NCBI GenBank assembly: GCA_002422125.1
Contig: DITF01000020.1
Span: 1-44,830, forward strand
Length of the DNA: 44,830 nt
Source of the DNA: a bacterium UBP17_UBA6191
Lineage (GTDB): Bacteria > Muiribacteriota > UBA6191
Direction of reading: 5' to 3'
The first letter of the stretch is position 1. Every line of letters begins with the position of its first letter. Under the pieces are notes generated by a model. The model did not search any database and had not been told where the DNA came from. It saw nothing but the letters and a program-made list of their open reading frames with translations. Below are positions 1 through 8,160 of the stretch, one piece after another. A program made the position numbers and the translations under genes.

Positions 1-1526
1 AAGGAGCCATTGCCCCGATTGGAATCGGCCCAGTCCGGCCACTGGCCATCAAAACAGAATTCGGGGCTACCAACCAAAACATTTTGTCCCTCTACAACTC
101 CCTTTAGGCCCTTGCCAGAAACTACGGATACATCCGTGGTTATGGGAATATTTTGTTTTGTGGCGACCAAAATTGCCTTACCCAAGGGATGGGTGCTTGA
201 TTGTTCCAGTGCTGAAGCCAGTAGCAAAATCTGATCTGGGGAAAAGTCTTTAGAATGTTGAACTTCTTTGACTGTGGGCTTGCCTTCCGTCAGGGTTCCG
301 GTTTTGTCGAGGCAAAAGAAACGCAAATTTTCAGCCAGTTGTAAGGATCGGGCCTCGCGCACTAAAATCCCCAGATCGGCAGCCCTGCCAATTCCGGCTG
401 TGATGGCCGTAGGTGTTGCCAAACCCAAAGCACAAGGGCAGGAAACCACTAAAACGGTAATCATTCTTACTAAAGACTCTTCCAGGCTGCCCCCATAAAA
501 AGAAACAAAAAGGCCAGAGCCAAGAGCTATTAACACCACTAAAGGCACAAACCAGCTAGACACCATATCCGCCAGATCCTGAATGGGGGCGCGGCTGTTC
601 TGGGCCTTTTCCACAGCCCGTACTATGGAATCAAAACGACAGTTACCACGGGAATGTAACACTTCTGCATAAAACTGGCCTCCCATATTCAGGCTTCCCG
701 CCAATACAGTGGCTCCCAGTTCCTTAAATACGGGTAAACTTTCTCCTGTAAACAAGGCCTCATTCACTTCGGCCCGTCCATCTGTTACTTTGGCATCCAC
801 GGCTACATGTTCATGCTGCATTACTAAAATGATGTCCTTTGGATTCAAAGAGACAGAGGGGACTTCTACTATGGCCCCATCCACAAGCTTTCTGGCCATT
901 TCTGGCAACTCCCGGCTTAGTTCCTGCATGGCTAAAGAGGCCTTCTTTTTGGCCCTCTCCTCAAGAATTTTACCGAGGCGAATCAGAACCAAAACCGAGG
1001 CAGAGGCTTCAAACCAAACATGATGGGCATGAATGAAATGAAAGAAAATTGCCATAGATAAAGCCCAGGCCGAGAAGGTTCCCATACTGACCAAAAGATC
1101 CATCCCAGGGCTTGCATGTTTTAGAGATATCAGGGCTCGCTGCATAAATGGGAGCCCCACCGTGAACTGGCAAATTGTGGTAAGAATTGCTGAAACCGTG
1201 ATTCCAGCGGGATTCATGACCCCAAAAAGCATTCCCCCCATATCAACAACCGCCACAAACAGGCCAGATGCCAAACCAATCTTTTCTACCATTCCAATCG
1301 AAGAACTGACTTCCGTCTTTTGGGAATCGTTTTTAAGTCTGGCCTTGTACCCGGCCTTTTGTATCAGATTTAAAACTTCTGCTACTGAAAAGGAATCAGA
1401 CTCAATCTGGGCCGATTCCGAGGCAAAATTCACCTGGCCTCTGACCCCATTTTTATGTAAAACCTTTTCAATTCGGCTGGCACAGGCCGTACAGCTCATG
1501 CCCTCGATTTGTAGCAACATATCCAT
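1..1526 (-). CDS. Heavy-metal translocating P1B-type ATPase, N-terminal ~508 codons; the 3' end lies beyond the window start
   Basis: Not in the ORF track because the frame has no stop inside the window. My minus-strand translation from the ATG at 1526-1524 gives several motifs. MDMLLQIEGMSCTACASRIEKV is an HMA domain with MxCxxC. FTGESLPV is the actuator TGES. VLVVSCPCALGLATP is the TM6 CPC. FCLDKTGTLTEGKP is the DKTGT phosphorylation site. SSTHPLGKAI lies in the nucleotide-binding domain. The frame stays open to position 3. The start abuts the stop of the upstream gene (1531). Confidence 0.9.
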   Translation of the reverse strand, partial: MDMLLQIEGMSCTACASRIEKVLHKNGVRGQVNFASESAQIESDSFSVAEVLNLIQKAGYKARLKNDSQKTEVSSSIGMVEKIGLASGLFVAVVDMGGMLFGVMNPAGITVSAILTTICQFTVGLPFMQRALISLKHASPGMDLLVSMGTFSAWALSMAIFFHFIHAHHVWFEASASVLVLIRLGKILEERAKKKASLAMQELSRELPEMARKLVDGAIVEVPSVSLNPKDIILVMQHEHVAVDAKVTDGRAEVNEALFTGESLPVFKELGATVLAGSLNMGGQFYAEVLHSRGNCRFDSIVRAVEKAQNSRAPIQDLADMVSSWFVPLVVLIALGSGLFVSFYGGSLEESLVRMITVLVVSCPCALGLATPTAITAGIGRAADLGILVREARSLQLAENLRFFCLDKTGTLTEGKPTVKEVQHSKDFSPDQILLLASALEQSSTHPLGKAILVATKQNIPITTDVSVVSGKGLKGVVEGQNVLVGSPEFCFDGQWPDWADSNRGNGS

Positions 1527-1530
1527 ATCC

Positions 1531-1953
1531 TTATTCATCAAAAGCGTATTTTATACTGCCACAACGCAACATGCTGGCCCCATAATAAGGGTTAAGAATC
1601 TGTTTTCCTTCTTGAACCCAGTCTCCACCTTTCCCGGAAAACGCCATGGGGCAAGTGGCTAATACCAGATTTTTGATGCCCTTAAGTCGCCCTTCATCCA
1701 GCATAACTACAAGCTCCTCGCTCAAAGCCAAAAAGTTTTGCCGCAAGGAATCAATATCTGGGGCTTCTAAAAGCTGGGGCAGTTGCTTAAATTCTTTGGA
1801 GTGCTCGTTTAGCTCCTTCGCATGACTGATGGCAGACTCAAAATCATCATGAGCTAAAGACTGCTGGATTTTTAGATAAAAATGTACGGGATCCTGGGCA
1901 AATAAAGACACCTTACAAATCAGCATAGCTAGAATAATAAATAGTTTTTTCAT
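1531..1953 (-). CDS. Secreted DUF3347-type putative metal-binding protein
   Basis: The track ORF is 1531..1983. I prefer the ATG at 1953 (MKKLFIILAML...), which has GAGGAG 7 nt upstream and forms an ATGA overlap with the RND stop at 1950. It has a signal peptide and a helical region. The C-terminal CPMAFSGKGGDWVQEGKQILNPYYGASMLRCGSI is the same motif found at the C-terminus of the adaptor at 5357..6940. Confidence 0.7.
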   Translation of the reverse strand: MKKLFIILAMLICKVSLFAQDPVHFYLKIQQSLAHDDFESAISHAKELNEHSKEFKQLPQLLEAPDIDSLRQNFLALSEELVVMLDEGRLKGIKNLVLATCPMAFSGKGGDWVQEGKQILNPYYGASMLRCGSIKYAFDE

Positions 1954-4900
1954 TTTGGTTCTCCTCGTTTTAATAGTTTCCATTCTTCAATCAGGGAAAA
2001 TGTGATTGGGATCATAAATAAAGTCAATAAGGCCAGGGACATACCCCCAAAAATAGGGATAGCCATGGGCTGCATAATTTCAGACCCCCTTCCAGTACTG
2101 GCAAAAATAGGCATTAGAGCCAACAAAGTTGTTGCTGTTGTCATCAAACAAGCCTGAATTCGCCGATTTCCTGCCTCCAACACGGCAGCACGAATTTCCT
2201 CCACCTCTTTTGGATTATTCTTTTGCCAGGATTCCTTGATATAAGCAGAAATCAAAACTCCATCATCTGTTGCAATCCCAAAAAGAGCCAAAAAACCAAC
2301 CCAAACTGCAACCGATAGATTGACATCAAATAGGTAAAGCATGATAAACCCTCCAGAAAAGGCTACCGCTACTGAAGAAAACAAAAGCAGAGTCTGTATG
2401 GGGGAACGAAACAACAAAGACAACACGACATAAATAATACATAACGCCAAAGGAATAATCAGAGATAAACGCTGGTTTGCCCTGATTTGATTTTCGTAGT
2501 TTCCAGCAAAATCCCAAGAGATATGAGATGGGATTATTAAAGATTTTGAAGCTATATGCTTTTGAAGCATATCCTGAGCCTGCTTCACGGCCTCTCCTTC
2601 GGAAAGCCCACTTTTTTTGTCAAAAAGAACATAGGAAACCAAACGGGAATTTTCCCCCTTGATTGCCATAGGGCCCTTGCGAATACTTAAATCTGCAAGC
2701 TCTGAAAGCCTTACGATACGCCCATCCGGTAAATTTAATGGAATCAATTCCAAATCCTGGGGAGAGTTCCGCCAAAGTTTTCCATAGCGCAAGGAAATAT
2801 CGTACCGCTCTCTTCCATCAATCACTTCTGAAATTTTTTGTCCTGCAATCGCAGTTCTGTAAAGGTTCTGAGCCTCTTGTACTGTTAATCCAGCAATTGC
2901 TAACTCTTCCCTTTTCCACAACACATCAATATAGGGCTTGCCAACAGCCCTGTCAGCAAAGACAGAAGAAGCCTTAATACCTGGAGTATTTTGAAGTATT
3001 TTTTCTATTTCCATGCCTACGGATTCCATTTCATGTAGATCTGAGCCCCTCAGCCGTACCGCCATGGAAGCTCGAATCCCGCTTTGAAGCATGACAATGC
3101 GTCCCTCAATAGGCTGTAAACGAGGGGCAGAGGTCAACCCAGGAACAGTTGCAACTTGTACAATTTCCTCCCAGATGTCGCGCTCAGTCTTAATGGAATC
3201 TCTCCAGTTGCGAATCCTTTCTCCTGATTGGTTCAAAGAATACTCCGGCTTGATTTGAATAATAGTTTCAATCATAGAAAGAGGAGCCGGATCCAGCGCA
3301 GTATCCGCTCGCCCTGCTTTTCCTACAGCTAAATCAACCTCAGGAATTTTTGCGATTACCTCATCTAAACGCCTTAACACACTCTGAACAAATTCACTTG
3401 AGGCATGAGGCATCGTTGTTGGCATAAATAAAAAACTTCCCTCATTTAACACAGGCATAAACTCAGTGCCACGAGCGGGGATTTTTTCTATCAGCCATTG
3501 AGAAATCTCATGCTCGCGAACAAAAGATGGTAAAAACGCCTTAGCCCCAAACCAAAACAAAAAGCCACTACATAAAATCAAAAGTACTGGCACATAAAAC
3601 AATAGTTTGTACTTAAGAAGAAATCTTAAAATTCTGGAGTACACCTTCTCAAAAAGAAAGAATAGAAAAAGAATTCCGCCCACAACTGAAACGGTCCAAA
3701 AGAAGTTTTTCAAATAGCCTGATTCTTCCCCTGCCGGGGCCCAAAATACAGAGAGAAGAATTGCCAGTAAAAAGACACCCGGCCAGAAAAAAACCCGGTT
3801 CCAACGCCTCCAGCAAGGGCTTAGAACATAACGAGCAAGTGTTGGTAATACAAACAATACCACAACCAATGCTAAAACAATGGTCAATGTTTTAGTTGCA
3901 GCCAATGGCCGAAACAATTTTCCCTCGGCCTCTGTTAAAAAAAATACCGGCAAAAAAGATAGAAGAGTTGTACTCACGGCAATCAGCAATGGTGTTGTGA
4001 CCTCTGCCGCACCCTCTGCGGCAGCCTCATCAGGGTCTTTTTCCTCCTGCATTTTCCTACTAATTGATTCAACCAATACAATCCCTACATCAGCCATAAC
4101 TCCGATTGCAATGGCAATCCCACAAAGCCCCACAATATTAGCTTCAACTCCTAAAAGCTTCATACTCGTGTAAGTTGCCAGAATACCAAGAGGCAAGACT
4201 AAGGCCACCAAAACCCCAGCCCCGAAGTTTCCCATTAGAATCAGAATTACCAAAGCGGTAATCATTGCTGCATCTCTTAATGCTGTGTTTAAAGTCCAAA
4301 CCGTATCTTCAATCACTCCGGTTCGATCATAAAACGGGGTGATTTGAAGCTTCACACCATCTCTTTGTGGCAATCCGGCATTGATTTTCTCTACTTTTTC
4401 TTGAATCAGCTTCAGGGTTTTTAGTGGGTTGGCATCCTGTCGAATCGTCACAATCCCACCTACAGCAGGTTGACCATTCCAATCCAAATATCCCCTTGCC
4501 AATTCAGGAACTATTTGAACATCCGCAACATCAGAAATTAAAATCGGTTGGTTCTGATCTCTTCGAATCAGCGTGTTTGCAATATCAGTTGTACTCACAG
4601 CCTGACCAACGCCTCGCAAAAAATATTCAACCCCGTTGTACTCCAAAGTTTTAGCAGAGATATTTCTGCCCACCATGGAAATTGCTCTTGATACTTCCGC
4701 AAGATCAATTCGATATTTTGCCATCCGAATGGGATCTGCCACGACTAAAAACTCACCTTTGCGTACCCCAATCCCCGAAACTTCCACCACTCCTTCAATC
4801 GCTAGTAATTCATAACGAATCTGAAACTCTTGCAAGCGACTGATTTCCATAAAACTAAACGGTGGGTTTTCAGCCTTTCCCTGCATTTGAATTGCATACT

Positions 4901-5357
4901 GATAAACCTGCCCCAGCCCCGTGGCATCGGGTCCAAGAGATGGTTTTACTCCATCAGGAATCAGACCATCAGGCAAAGATGCCAATTTTTCTAAAATTTT
5001 TGCTCTAGCCTCAGAAAAAGTTTTTGATTCATGAAAAATCAGATAAACCATGCTAAGGCCAAACATAGAATTTGTTCTTACGGTCTTAACTCCATCAATG
5101 CCCATCATCTGGGAGGCCAGAGGATAGGTAAGCTGATCCTCTACCTCTTCTGGAGACTGCCCTTCCCATGTAGAGAGTAAAATCTGCTGATTTTCGCCTA
5201 AATTGGGGATCGCATCTACAGGTACAGGGAAACGAAACGCCTGCGGCCAGAATTCTAAGGAAATCGGACTCGTAGCAAGACCTGCAATCACAATCAAAAC
5301 TACAGCCAACACGGAAAAGATCGGATTGAGAATCAAAAACCTATGCAAGGACTTCAT
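1950..5357 (-). CDS. CusA-type heavy-metal efflux RND permease (pump 1) with an extra pair of TM helices
   Basis: Long ORF (1144 aa in the track). The start is most likely the ATG at 5357, which overlaps the adaptor stop (TAATG), giving MKSLHRFLILNPIF. The CusA/CzcA-family architecture is present. TM4 reads GIAIAIGVMADVGIVLVES (AxG type, not DFG). Met contexts FLFMPTT, PLSMIETI and RIVMLQSGI resemble the CusA Cu(I)/Ag(I) Met triad, by eye. Confidence 0.9.
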   Translation of the reverse strand: MKSLHRFLILNPIFSVLAVVLIVIAGLATSPISLEFWPQAFRFPVPVDAIPNLGENQQILLSTWEGQSPEEVEDQLTYPLASQMMGIDGVKTVRTNSMFGLSMVYLIFHESKTFSEARAKILEKLASLPDGLIPDGVKPSLGPDATGLGQVYQYAIQMQGKAENPPFSFMEISRLQEFQIRYELLAIEGVVEVSGIGVRKGEFLVVADPIRMAKYRIDLAEVSRAISMVGRNISAKTLEYNGVEYFLRGVGQAVSTTDIANTLIRRDQNQPILISDVADVQIVPELARGYLDWNGQPAVGGIVTIRQDANPLKTLKLIQEKVEKINAGLPQRDGVKLQITPFYDRTGVIEDTVWTLNTALRDAAMITALVILILMGNFGAGVLVALVLPLGILATYTSMKLLGVEANIVGLCGIAIAIGVMADVGIVLVESISRKMQEEKDPDEAAAEGAAEVTTPLLIAVSTTLLSFLPVFFLTEAEGKLFRPLAATKTLTIVLALVVVLFVLPTLARYVLSPCWRRWNRVFFWPGVFLLAILLSVFWAPAGEESGYLKNFFWTVSVVGGILFLFFLFEKVYSRILRFLLKYKLLFYVPVLLILCSGFLFWFGAKAFLPSFVREHEISQWLIEKIPARGTEFMPVLNEGSFLFMPTTMPHASSEFVQSVLRRLDEVIAKIPEVDLAVGKAGRADTALDPAPLSMIETIIQIKPEYSLNQSGERIRNWRDSIKTERDIWEEIVQVATVPGLTSAPRLQPIEGRIVMLQSGIRASMAVRLRGSDLHEMESVGMEIEKILQNTPGIKASSVFADRAVGKPYIDVLWKREELAIAGLTVQEAQNLYRTAIAGQKISEVIDGRERYDISLRYGKLWRNSPQDLELIPLNLPDGRIVRLSELADLSIRKGPMAIKGENSRLVSYVLFDKKSGLSEGEAVKQAQDMLQKHIASKSLIIPSHISWDFAGNYENQIRANQRLSLIIPLALCIIYVVLSLLFRSPIQTLLLFSSVAVAFSGGFIMLYLFDVNLSVAVWVGFLALFGIATDDGVLISAYIKESWQKNNPKEVEEIRAAVLEAGNRRIQACLMTTATTLLALMPIFASTGRGSEIMQPMAIPIFGGMSLALLTLFMIPITFSLIEEWKLLKRGEPK

Positions 5358-6940
5358 TAAAAATCCTCGCGAATGCTGCCGCAATGAAGCATAGAATTAC
5401 CAAAATAAGGATTGATTACCTTTTCCCCTTTTTGGATCCATTCTGCCCCTTGTGAATCAAAAGCCATGGGGCAATAAGCTCTCTTTAAATTCATCCCCTG
5501 TAAAAGACCTAATTCTCCTATCTTCAAAAACAACTCAGAAATTTTATGAAATCTATTGCGCAGGGCAGGGAGGGTTTCTAAATCGGGCTCTTCGCTCAGT
5601 TGTCTTATAAGCCAAACCGCAGAGGGATGCTGAGTATGAGCCAAACGATTATCAAATATTTCAGCAGCATTACGAGATTGGGGCAAATCATCCTGTGACA
5701 GAAATTGCCACAAATTAAGATAATCCCCAATTAAGTGCTCTGCTAAGTTCCTGGATTCTTGATCCTTAGACAGGGCATTCAATCCCTCAGAACTCTGATA
5801 TTGAGTGTTAAACCCAAATTTATGCTCTTCAAGTTTCTTAATTAAAGAGGTTTTTCCCTGAATTTGAAACTCTGAATCCACTGCAAATGCAGCTTCAGAT
5901 ACAACCACAGCCCCTGGTTCAATATCTATAAGACTATACTCTTCGCCACTCGCCAAAATTTTTACTTTACGGGCCTGAACCAAATCGTCAATAACCTGGT
6001 ACACAACCGCATCACTCCCGGCAAACAATAGGGCTGAATTAGGCAGAACTGAACCTTCTTTAGACTGTATGTGAACCTTAAGCAAACCCTCCAAACCCAA
6101 GGGCAAAAAATCTTTCAGATGCCATAATTGACGAAAACTTCGCGCTGCTCCCAAAGCAATTTCTTCTAAAAATGGCTTGTCTACAATTAACTCTCTAGCT
6201 TGACCAATGGGTAAAAACAAAGCCGATTTAGCTGCCTTTAACTCTTGCAAATCTCTTTCTGATAGATATGCCTCCAAATATACGGCCTGATTCTCAAGCA
6301 CAGAAAACACCGTTTTTCCCAATTCACCATAGGCCCCACTTCGCATAAAAACTTCGGTTACAATGCCTGAGAATGTGGCGTGAATAGGGACATGTTCCAA
6401 TGGATACCCAGCCTGTTTCAGATCTTGCAGCTTGTCCTTAGGATAGCCCAGCCACAACAACTTAATTTCACTATCCTTTTGCTGCTTCAACCCAAATGCT
6501 CCCTGGAGTTTCAAAGCCTCCAAATAATCCTGCTGTGCTGAAATTAAGGATGGGGAGTAAAGAGAATATAAAACATCTCCCGTGGTAACGAGCATACCGG
6601 CCCGACTTAACTTTAACTCTTCTATGCGGCCTTCAGAACGCAGGGAATGAGAAATCATTTTTGCGTCATTTGCGACTACCCTGGCTCGAAGAGATCTCTT
6701 AATATCAACCCTACCTAAAACGACTTCCTGGGTACGAATTTGAGATTTTAAGACTGAACTTAACGGTATAAAGTCACTGCCCAGATCATTTTTTTCATCC
6801 AATGGAATTAAATCCATATAACAAATAGGGCATTTTTGTGAATTGTCCGGCATCCGAATCTGGGGGTGCATGGAACAAGTCCATTGTTCCTGACTTTGCG
6901 GCTGTAATAGCAATATAAGCACCAAAAATAGCCTGATCAT
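5357..6940 (-). CDS. CusB-like periplasmic adaptor (MFP 1) fused to an N-terminal heavy-metal-binding domain and a C-terminal DUF3347 module
   Basis: 527 aa. The N-terminus WTCSMHPQIRMPDNSQKCPICYMDLIPL matches the HMBD pattern (CxMHP...CPxCxM). The central part looks like a barrel-sandwich/beta-barrel adaptor. The C-terminus is CPMAFDSQGAEWIQKGEKVINPYFGNSMLHCGSI. There is an ATGA overlap with the OMF stop at 6937-6940. Confidence 0.85.
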   Translation of the reverse strand: MIRLFLVLILLLQPQSQEQWTCSMHPQIRMPDNSQKCPICYMDLIPLDEKNDLGSDFIPLSSVLKSQIRTQEVVLGRVDIKRSLRARVVANDAKMISHSLRSEGRIEELKLSRAGMLVTTGDVLYSLYSPSLISAQQDYLEALKLQGAFGLKQQKDSEIKLLWLGYPKDKLQDLKQAGYPLEHVPIHATFSGIVTEVFMRSGAYGELGKTVFSVLENQAVYLEAYLSERDLQELKAAKSALFLPIGQARELIVDKPFLEEIALGAARSFRQLWHLKDFLPLGLEGLLKVHIQSKEGSVLPNSALLFAGSDAVVYQVIDDLVQARKVKILASGEEYSLIDIEPGAVVVSEAAFAVDSEFQIQGKTSLIKKLEEHKFGFNTQYQSSEGLNALSKDQESRNLAEHLIGDYLNLWQFLSQDDLPQSRNAAEIFDNRLAHTQHPSAVWLIRQLSEEPDLETLPALRNRFHKISELFLKIGELGLLQGMNLKRAYCPMAFDSQGAEWIQKGEKVINPYFGNSMLHCGSIREDF

Positions 6941-8136
6941 AAAACCCCCAGCTTCTGGTCATAAAGATCCGCAAGGACAATTAGAGCCACCCATCCCCGA
7001 TAATATGCCTGAAGTCTTTCCCAGCGAGCACTCAAAAGTTCGCGTAGAACTAAAATCAATTCTCCCGGCCCTTCCAGGCTCGTTTGATATCCGGCTCTTT
7101 GAGATTGCAGGGCTTGCTCCAGATTTGGAATTACGGTCTTCTCAAAATTTAACAGAAGATTTCTGGACACATTCAATTCAGATTTCATCTGTGTTTCTCT
7201 TTGCTGTTGAATCAACAGCCAGGCCTTCAAATCCTCACGAACAGAAGTTTCTTTAAAAACTTGTTCTTGCTTCAGCCTTTGATAACGAACTCGACCCAAT
7301 TTCAAGTTCATACCAAACATCAGCATAAAATCATCCTGGCTTCCACCCATTCCACCTGTCATTTGAGCAGGTGAATACTCAACTCCTAGTTCAAAATCAG
7401 GATTCGCACTAATTTTTGCTTTTTCTACATTTAGAACCCCCAATTCAATCTGCTTTAAATAAAGTCTGGCCCGTGGATGTTCTAAAAGATCTCCTTTTGT
7501 GGGCAGTTCCAATTCATCGGGAAAGGAAACCTCTGGGAAAGGTGTACCAAAAATTCGGATCAGGCTCGATTGATCCCCCTCTCTTTGCTGCGCAAGATTT
7601 TTAATTTTGACTTCAATTTCCGCCTTTTGGGACTGGAGGCGCAATACACTGGCAAGGTTATAGTTGTGGTGCCTAAAGTGTGAAGAAATGGCTTTTCCCG
7701 CAAAGTCTAATAGCACCAAATCTTCTTGGAGTAAATTTTTAGACCGGGCATTCATTTCTAGTTTGAGCCATGTCAGAAGAGACTCTGTGAGCAGTTCACG
7801 AGCCAGGACTTCCATTTGCAACTCAATAATTTGCCCCTCTTTACTGATGGCCCTTTTGGAGAAAAACCTTGCACCACGAGATGGCAACATCTGCATAAGT
7901 GCTATGTTTGGCTTGAACTTCCGATTCTGAATTGCGGACTCGGTAGAGATTTCAGCCTCAATTTTTGGCTCCGGCAATAATCCCGTATTGTTTAACTGAA
8001 TCTCCTTGGCACTGAGCTTTGCTTCAAGAGATCTCATTTGTGGATATTTTTTTATCGCGGCTTCAAATTGCTTAAACGCTTCAGATCCTCGCAAAGGAGA
8101 AGCTAAAACAAGACACCATAAAATAAAAAATCTCAT
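6937..8136 (-). CDS. TolC-family outer-membrane efflux factor (OMF 1)
   Basis: 399 aa with a signal peptide (MRFFILWCLVLASPLRGSEA). The repeated coiled-coil/beta pattern is typical of CusC/CzcC-type OMFs. It sits between two adaptor-RND pairs. Confidence 0.8.
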   Translation of the reverse strand: MRFFILWCLVLASPLRGSEAFKQFEAAIKKYPQMRSLEAKLSAKEIQLNNTGLLPEPKIEAEISTESAIQNRKFKPNIALMQMLPSRGARFFSKRAISKEGQIIELQMEVLARELLTESLLTWLKLEMNARSKNLLQEDLVLLDFAGKAISSHFRHHNYNLASVLRLQSQKAEIEVKIKNLAQQREGDQSSLIRIFGTPFPEVSFPDELELPTKGDLLEHPRARLYLKQIELGVLNVEKAKISANPDFELGVEYSPAQMTGGMGGSQDDFMLMFGMNLKLGRVRYQRLKQEQVFKETSVREDLKAWLLIQQQRETQMKSELNVSRNLLLNFEKTVIPNLEQALQSQRAGYQTSLEGPGELILVLRELLSARWERLQAYYRGWVALIVLADLYDQKLGVL

Positions 8137-8153
8137 ATACCCCCCTAGGGTAT
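8137..8153 (-). promoter_or_regulatory. Small hairpin covering the OMF-1 ribosome-binding site
   Basis: On the plus strand, ATACCC-cccta-GGGTAT is a 6-bp stem. It fills most of the 24-nt RND-2/OMF-1 spacer. On the mRNA, the G-run that serves as the SD (AGGGGGG) lies inside the stem. Confidence 0.3.
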
Positions 8154-8160
8154 AGTCAAT

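Noticed and set aside
10-1662. Plus-strand track ORFs (10..234, 268..498, 709..1023, 839..1036, 1162..1662)
   Set aside because: They lie antisense to an open minus-strand frame that carries unmistakable P1B-ATPase motifs (MxCxxC, TGES, CPC, DKTGT). Their products are low-complexity with no motifs. They are shadow ORFs.
1954-1983. 5' extensions offered by the ORF track (also 5358..5384, 18295..18318, 19916..19954, 24335..24406 and 40576..40596)
   Set aside because: The extended starts use TTG or poorly placed codons. They would overlap the upstream gene or add non-signal residues before an obvious signal peptide. In each case an internal ATG has an SD or an ATGA/TAATG coupling and gives a family-typical N-terminus.
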